Made by a program: the position numbers and the translations under genes
Shown here: positions 58,690-64,000 of the stretch, piece by piece
How the letters are laid out: each line of letters opens with the position of its first letter
How positions within the stretch are numbered: the first letter of the stretch is position 1
Assembly (NCBI GenBank): GCA_003139545.1
Contig: PLJC01000008.1
Location: 22,874 to 86,873 of the forward strand
Source of the DNA: Actinomycetota bacterium
Lineage (GTDB): Bacteria > Actinomycetota > Thermoleophilia > Gaiellales > Gaiellaceae
DNA: 64,000 bases
Reading direction: 5' to 3'
Notes under the pieces: generated by a model
What the model was told of the DNA's origin: nothing
Database searches by the model: none
What the model saw: the letters and a program-made list of their open reading frames with translations, nothing else

Positions 58690-60558
58690 CCCCGCGCGCC
58701 GCATCGCCGGAGCCGCGGCAGATAGGAGCGCCGCAGCTCTCGCCGCGAGCGCACGCGGCCGGTCGGTCTTCGCCACGAGCTGCGCGCGGTGCTTGCCGCG
58801 CAGCCGCAGCAACGGAGCCGGGCCGAGCAGTTCGTGGCCCGTGAGGCCGGCCTTCAGCTCCTCGAGCGCGCGAATGGTGTCGTCCTGCTCCGGCCCGGTG
58901 ACGACGATGCGCACGAGGTGCGCGAACGGCGGATAGCCGAGCTCGCGCCGGCGTTCCAGCTCCTCGGTCAGGAAGCCGGACACGTCGTGCCGCGCGGCGT
59001 GCGAGATCGCGCGCGCGTCGGGCTGGAACGTCTGCACGAGCACGCGGCCCGGCGCGTCGCGGCCGCTGCGGCCGGCGAGCTGCGTCAGAAGCTGGAACGT
59101 CCGCTCCTCGGCGCGGAAGTCCGGCAAGCCGAGGCCCGTGTCGGCGTCCACGACGGCGGCGAGCTCGACGCCCGCGAAGTGATGGCCCTTCGCCACCATC
59201 TGCGTCCCGACGAGCACGGCGCGCTTCGCGCGCGCGAAACGCTCGAGCGGCTCACGCACGTCGGCGACGTCGGCGTCGAGACGGATGACCTCGAGCTCCG
59301 GCAGATGCTTCGCCAGCTCGCGCTCGAGCCGCTGTGTGCCCGCCCCGATGCGCGCGAGCTCGGCGGACCCGCACGCGGGGCACGTCTCCCCCATCGCCTC
59401 CATGCGTCCGCAGTGGTGGCAGTGCAGCGCGGCGTCGCCGTGCAGCGTGAGCGCCACGTCGCAGTTCGGGCAGCGGCGCGTCGCGCCGCACGCGCGGCAG
59501 TGCACCGCCGGCGCGATGCCGCGCCGATTCAGGAGCAGGATCGCCTTGCCGTTGCTCTCGACGATCTTGCCCAGCTCGGCCAGCAGCGGCGCCGAGAGCG
59601 GATAGCCCGCCTGCCGGCGGAGGTCGACGATACGTACCGACGGCATCGGCGCGGCGAGCCGTCCGCCGAGCTCGAGTCGCTCCAGTGATTGCCACGACTC
59701 TGGCCGCGGCGTCGCCGAGCCGAACACGGCGACCGCACCTTCGAGCGCGGCGCGCTTCGCGGCCACCGTGCGCGCGTCGTACCGCGGATCCGAGTCCTGC
59801 TTGTACGACGCGTCATGCTCCTCGTCCACGCAGATGACGCCGAGCGACGCGACCGGCGCGAAGACCGCCGAGCGCGCACCGATGACGACCGGCGCCTCGC
59901 CGGACACGATGCGTTCGCGCTCGTCGCGACGCTCCGCCTCGCTCAATCCCGAGTGCAGGACGGCGACGCGGTCGCCGAACCGCTCGCGGAAGCGTCCGAG
60001 CGCCTGCGGTGTGAGCGCGATCTCCGGCACGAGCACGATCGCGCCACGGCCCCGGCCGAGCGCGGCCTGGCATGCGCGGATGTACACCTCGGTCTTGCCG
60101 CTGCCGGTCGAGCCCCACAGGAGGACGTTGCCACCGCCGGCGTCCATCAGCGCCTCGATGCGGCCGAGCGCCGCCTCCTGCGGCGGCGACAACTGTGTCG
60201 GCGCCGCCTCGGCCTCGATCGCATGGCCGACGGTGCGCCGCTCGCCGCGTCGCTTCGGATATGACGGGGCGACGAGCCCGAGCGCGCGCGCCGGCGTCGA
60301 CCCGTAGTAGTCCGCGATCCAGAGCGCGAGATCGACGAGCGCCGGCGGCAGCGTCTCGGCGACGCGCTCGATCGCGGCGGCATCCACTCCTTCGGGACGC
60401 TCGACGTCGACCTCGGTGACGACGCCGCGACGGCGCGCGTTGCCGAAGCGCACCTCGACGACATCGCCCTTCGCGGTGTCGGCCGGAACCTCGTACGTGA
60501 ACGGCCTCGCGACGGCGCGGGCAGTGACGAGCGGGTAGACGGAGGCGTAGCGGCTCAC
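58651..60558 (-). CDS. priA: Primosomal protein N'
   Basis: GSTGSGKT, DEEH, Cys cluster, GTQMVAKG. Confidence 0.96.
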   Translation of the reverse strand: MSRYASVYPLVTARAVARPFTYEVPADTAKGDVVEVRFGNARRRGVVTEVDVERPEGVDAAAIERVAETLPPALVDLALWIADYYGSTPARALGLVAPSYPKRRGERRTVGHAIEAEAAPTQLSPPQEAALGRIEALMDAGGGNVLLWGSTGSGKTEVYIRACQAALGRGRGAIVLVPEIALTPQALGRFRERFGDRVAVLHSGLSEAERRDERERIVSGEAPVVIGARSAVFAPVASLGVICVDEEHDASYKQDSDPRYDARTVAAKRAALEGAVAVFGSATPRPESWQSLERLELGGRLAAPMPSVRIVDLRRQAGYPLSAPLLAELGKIVESNGKAILLLNRRGIAPAVHCRACGATRRCPNCDVALTLHGDAALHCHHCGRMEAMGETCPACGSAELARIGAGTQRLERELAKHLPELEVIRLDADVADVREPLERFARAKRAVLVGTQMVAKGHHFAGVELAAVVDADTGLGLPDFRAEERTFQLLTQLAGRSGRDAPGRVLVQTFQPDARAISHAARHDVSGFLTEELERRRELGYPPFAHLVRIVVTGPEQDDTIRALEELKAGLTGHELLGPAPLLRLRGKHRAQLVAKTDRPRALAARAAALLSAAAPAMRRAGLSVVVDVDPQSL

Positions 60559-60588
60559 CGCTCGAGCCTAGCCGGGGGTCAGGTCGAC

Positions 60589-61431
60589 CTAGACGCCGGC
60601 GGCAGTGACGACGAAGTCCGTCGCGAAGCCGGCGAGGATCCCGGCCAGCATGAGCCACGTGATCAGCCTCGGATTGCCGTACTTGCGGTTGACCGCGAAC
60701 AGCTCCTGCACGACGTAGAGGATCGATCCGCCCGCGATGGTGAAGAAGACAACGGAGACGGCCGCGCTCGTCCACGCCTGGCCGACGACCGTGCCGAGGA
60801 ACGTCGGGACGCCGCCGATGAGGCCGAGGATCGCAAGCAGGCGCCAGCTCGGGCGGATGCCCTCGCCGGTGAGCGGCCCGCAGATGCCGAAGCCCTCGGT
60901 CGCGTTGTGCAGGCCGAAGCCGATGATGAGCGTCACCGCGAGGCTGATCTCGTTCGCCGCGGCTGCCTGGCCGATCGCGAGCCCCTCGCCGAAGTTGTGC
61001 ACGCCGATGCCGATCGAGATGAGGAACGCGAGCCGCACCGCGGGCGTCGTGAGATCGAAGTGGCCGCGATGCGCGAATTCGTCCACCGCCGCCGCTCCAG
61101 GCCCGACGAGCGACGTTGCGCGGCGGTTCGCGCGGCGCTTCATCCAGGCGTCGTAATAGACGAGGCTCATGAGGCCGGCGGTGAAGCCGGCAGCGCCGAG
61201 AGCGGCGAGTGCGCTGAACCGGCCCCAGTGGTGGGCGTGGAGCGCCGAGTCGATCGGGTCGACGGCGTTCGTGAGCACGTCCCAGAGCAAGAAGACGAGG
61301 ATTCCGGTGGCGAGAGCGGACAGGCCGGCCCGGGCGTTGGCGCTCAGGGAGCGCACGCGGCTCATCGGCAGGCCGAGGAAGATCGTCGATCCGGCGATCG
61401 CGCCGAGGAGGAGGATGTGTCCGGTGCTCAT
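60589..61431 (-). CDS. ZIP family metal transporter
   Basis: HNFGEG and HNATEG motifs. Confidence 0.9.
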   Translation of the reverse strand: MSTGHILLLGAIAGSTIFLGLPMSRVRSLSANARAGLSALATGILVFLLWDVLTNAVDPIDSALHAHHWGRFSALAALGAAGFTAGLMSLVYYDAWMKRRANRRATSLVGPGAAAVDEFAHRGHFDLTTPAVRLAFLISIGIGVHNFGEGLAIGQAAAANEISLAVTLIIGFGLHNATEGFGICGPLTGEGIRPSWRLLAILGLIGGVPTFLGTVVGQAWTSAAVSVVFFTIAGGSILYVVQELFAVNRKYGNPRLITWLMLAGILAGFATDFVVTAAGV

Positions 61432-61433
61432 CG

Positions 61434-61451
61434 TGTAAGGGTCGCCTTACA
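61434..61451. promoter_or_regulatory. Putative DtxR/MntR operator
   Basis: TGTAAGG-GTCG-CCTTACA palindrome between the divergent genes. Confidence 0.75.
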
Positions 61452-61475
61452 GCGACTGTCGGGCAATATAGCCAT

Positions 61476-62159
61476 ATGGCACAGGGGCATTCGGTCGACG
61501 AGTACCTGGAGACGATCTATTTCCTGGCGTTCCCGATCGGCGAGTACACGCCGCGCGGGGCCGGCTCCCCGCCCTTGGCGTCGCGCGTGGCGGAGATGCT
61601 CCACGTCTCGAGGGCGTCCGCCGGCGAGATGCTGAAGCGGCTCGAGGCCGAGGGGCTGATCGAGCGCGGGGCCCGCAAGGAGGCGCTCCTCACCGACACG
61701 GGGCGCGAGCGCGCGGAGCGTGTCGTCCGCAAGCATCGCATCATCGAGCGGCTCCTCACCGACTTCATGGGCTACACCGGCTACGAGGCGCACGAGCGCG
61801 CGGACGAGCTCGGCGACACGTTCGACGACGAGATGGTCGCGCGCATCGACGAGAAGCTCGGCCACCCGGAACGCTGCCCGCACGGCTGGCCGGTCGACCC
61901 CCAGGTGGAGCAGGCCGAGAATCTGGAGCTCGCGCCGCTCGCGGCGCTCGAGCCCGGGACGAAGGCGACGATCGTCCGGCTCGCGGAGCACGACGGCGTG
62001 CTCCTGCACTGGTTCTACGACCAGGGCCTCGTGCCCGGGACGAGCATCGTCGTGCGCGCGACGCAACCGGCCGCCGACGAGGTCACGATCGGACTGAACG
62101 GCGGCGAGCGCTCGATCTCCGTGAAGGCCGCCGCCGGATTGTTCGTCAAGCCGGCGTAA
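61476..62159 (+). CDS. DtxR/MntR family metal-dependent repressor
   Basis: EYLETIY, RKHRIIE, CPHG, FeoA-like C-terminus. Confidence 0.92.
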   Translation: MAQGHSVDEYLETIYFLAFPIGEYTPRGAGSPPLASRVAEMLHVSRASAGEMLKRLEAEGLIERGARKEALLTDTGRERAERVVRKHRIIERLLTDFMGYTGYEAHERADELGDTFDDEMVARIDEKLGHPERCPHGWPVDPQVEQAENLELAPLAALEPGTKATIVRLAEHDGVLLHWFYDQGLVPGTSIVVRATQPAADEVTIGLNGGERSISVKAAAGLFVKPA

Positions 62160-62169
62160 CGACTTCCCG

Positions 62170-62262
62170 ACGATCTCGTTACGGGGAGTGTCCCCATGAC
62201 GAGGTCGTGCGGAATACGTCTGAAGCCTCGGGGCACGCGGTCCCGCGATGGGGAGTGTCCCC
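62170..62262. repeat. Two GGGGAGTGTCCCC hairpins (REP-like)
   Basis: Copies at 62183 and 62250; the first sits in a long imperfect stem. Confidence 0.55.
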
Positions 62263-62266
62263 GTGG

Positions 62267-63331
62267 TCAGCCGGTGAGGCCGCGGCGGGCGAGCTCGGCC
62301 GTCGCCTCGTCCACGCGGTCGACGGCGGTCTGGCCTGCGAGCCACTCCGCTAGCTCGGCGATGCCGGCCTCGAGCGGCACCTCGGGCTCGAAGCCGAGCG
62401 CCTCGCGCGCGAGGCTCACGTCGGCGAAGCAGTGTCTGATGTCGCCGACGCGGAACTCGCCGGTCACCTCCGGCGCGATTTGCTTGCCGAGCGTGCGCGC
62501 GAGCAGCTCACCGAGCGCCTTCACCGTGATGCTCTCGCCGCTCCCGATGTTCACCGCCAGCCCGTCCGCGCCGTCGCGCTCGACCGCGAGCACGAACGCG
62601 CGCGCGATGTCGTGCACCGAGACGAAGTCGCGCCGCTGCTCGCCGTCCTCGAAGATGCGGGGCGCGCGGTCGTTCAGCAGCCGCGCAGCGAAGATCGCGA
62701 GCACGCCCGTGTACGGATTCGACAACGCCTGACCCGGGCCGTAGACGTTGAACAACCGCAGCGCCACCGTCGGGATGCCGTACGCGGCGCCGGCGACGAG
62801 GCACGCGCGCTCCTGGTCGTACTTCGTCAGCGCATAGATGGAGCTGAGCGCAGGCCGCTTCGTCTCCGGCGTCGGCAGCGGCTCCAGCCCCGGGAAGTCC
62901 CACTCGTGCCGCTCGAGCTGCTCACGCGTGCGTTCGCCCGGATCGCCGCCGCGGTACAGCCCTTCGCCGTAGATGCTCATGCTCGACGCGACGACGAGCT
63001 TCCGCACCGGCTTCTCCGCGAGCGCCTCCAGCAACACCGCCGTGCCGAGCGAGTTCGCCGACGTGTACTCCGCCATCTCGTACATCGACTGCCCGACGCC
63101 GACACGCGCTGCCAGATGGACGACCGCATCCACTCCTTCGAGGGCGCCCCTGACGACCTCCGGATCCCGGACGTCGCCGACGATGTCGGGCTCGACGCCG
63201 GCCGCGCCCTCGTGCACCTGCGGGACGAGGCTGTCGAGCACACGGACGCGATCTCCCCTCGCGCGCAACTCGTCGGCGAGGTGCGAGCCGATGAAGCCGG
63301 CGCCGCCGGTTATGAGGACGTGCTCAGACAG
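62267..63331 (-). CDS. NAD-dependent epimerase/dehydratase
   Basis: [25 protein letters not shown]; start uncertain. Confidence 0.9.
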   Translation of the reverse strand: MSEHVLITGGAGFIGSHLADELRARGDRVRVLDSLVPQVHEGAAGVEPDIVGDVRDPEVVRGALEGVDAVVHLAARVGVGQSMYEMAEYTSANSLGTAVLLEALAEKPVRKLVVASSMSIYGEGLYRGGDPGERTREQLERHEWDFPGLEPLPTPETKRPALSSIYALTKYDQERACLVAGAAYGIPTVALRLFNVYGPGQALSNPYTGVLAIFAARLLNDRAPRIFEDGEQRRDFVSVHDIARAFVLAVERDGADGLAVNIGSGESITVKALGELLARTLGKQIAPEVTGEFRVGDIRHCFADVSLAREALGFEPEVPLEAGIAELAEWLAGQTAVDRVDEATAELARRGLTG

Positions 63332-64000
63332 CTGCGGGCACGGAGAGCCCGGCGGCCGCGCGCAGCGTGTCGGCCTTGTCGGTGCGCTCCCACGTGAAGT
63401 CGGGGTCGTCGCGGCCGAAGTGGCCGTACGCCGCCGTCTTCGTGTAGATCGGCCGGCGCAGATCGAGGTCGCGGAGGATCGCCGCCGGGCGCAGGTCGAA
63501 ATGCTCCTGCACGAGCGCCTCGATCTGCAGCGCGGGGATCGCCTCCGTCCCGAACGTCTCCACGAGAACCGACATCGGATGCGCCACGCCGATCGCGTAC
63601 GCGACCTGGATCTGGCAGCGGTCGGCGAGGCCCGCGGCGACGACGTTCTTCGCCACGTAGCGCGCGGCGTAGGCGGCCGAGCGGTCGACCTTCGTCGGGT
63701 CCTTGCCCGAGAACGCGCCGCCGCCGTGCGGCGCCGCGCCACCGTACGTATCGACGATGATCTTGCGGCCCGTCAATCCGGCGTCGCCCATCGGGCCGCC
63801 GACGACGAACTTGCCGGTCGGATTGCAATAGAAGAAATCCTTCGCTTCGAGGCTCCTCGGGTCGTACAGCTCCTTCGGGAGGATCGGCTCGAGCACGTGC
63901 TCGATGAGATCCGGCTTCATCAGCATCTCGATGTCGATTCCCTCGCGATGCTGCGTCGAGATGACGATCCGCTCGATCTCGACGGGGCGCCGGTGCCCGT
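63324..64000 (-). CDS. metK: S-adenosylmethionine synthetase (5' part outside window)
   Basis: [23 protein letters not shown]. Confidence 0.96.
   Translation of the reverse strand, partial: GHRRPVEIERIVISTQHREGIDIEMLMKPDLIEHVLEPILPKELYDPRSLEAKDFFYCNPTGKFVVGGPMGDAGLTGRKIIVDTYGGAAPHGGGAFSGKDPTKVDRSAAYAARYVAKNVVAAGLADRCQIQVAYAIGVAHPMSVLVETFGTEAIPALQIEALVQEHFDLRPAAILRDLDLRRPIYTKTAAYGHFGRDDPDFTWERTDKADTLRAAAGLSVPAAV

Overview
High-GC bacterial chromosome segment. The gene order is Firmicute-like but the composition is actinobacterial, which suggests deep-branching Actinomycetota such as Thermoleophilia/Gaiellales (inference). Part 1 (about 1-18190) is an accessory island whose right boundary cuts comM/yifB just before the conserved NxCPCG motif. 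It carries three 3'-half tRNA-Thr(GGT) copies; two are followed by integrase-arm-like TGGAGC doublets and one is also preceded by a doublet and phased GCAACC repeats. It also has three direct copies of a 28-bp dif-like site bounding small gene modules and a degenerate attC-like hairpin. Its genes include an ECF sigma/anti-sigma pair, an Xre-ImmA/IrrE + DUF4411 (PIN) pair, an EVE-like protein and a YhaO/YhaN (Mre11/Rad50-like) pair. It further encodes a SAMHD1/YwfO-like HD hydrolase + YwgA-like operon behind a perfect LexA box, a fused DNA MTase-Mrr-like nuclease, an Xre regulator with a palindromic operator, and a cos-like stretch before an HTH gene. No recombinase gene is visible. Part 2 (about 18190-64000) is mostly minus-strand housekeeping: metK, priA, def, fmt, rsmB, rpe, ribDEBAH, rpmB, asp23, fakA, degV, recG, rsmD, coaD, yceD, rpmF, plsX, acpP, rnc, smc, ftsY, ffh, rpsP, khpA, rimM, trmD, lepB, rplS, rnhB, yraN, comM. 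It also has small insertions, a MITE, REP-like hairpin clusters and many apparently leaderless promoters. All family calls come from motif recognition by eye; no searches were run.
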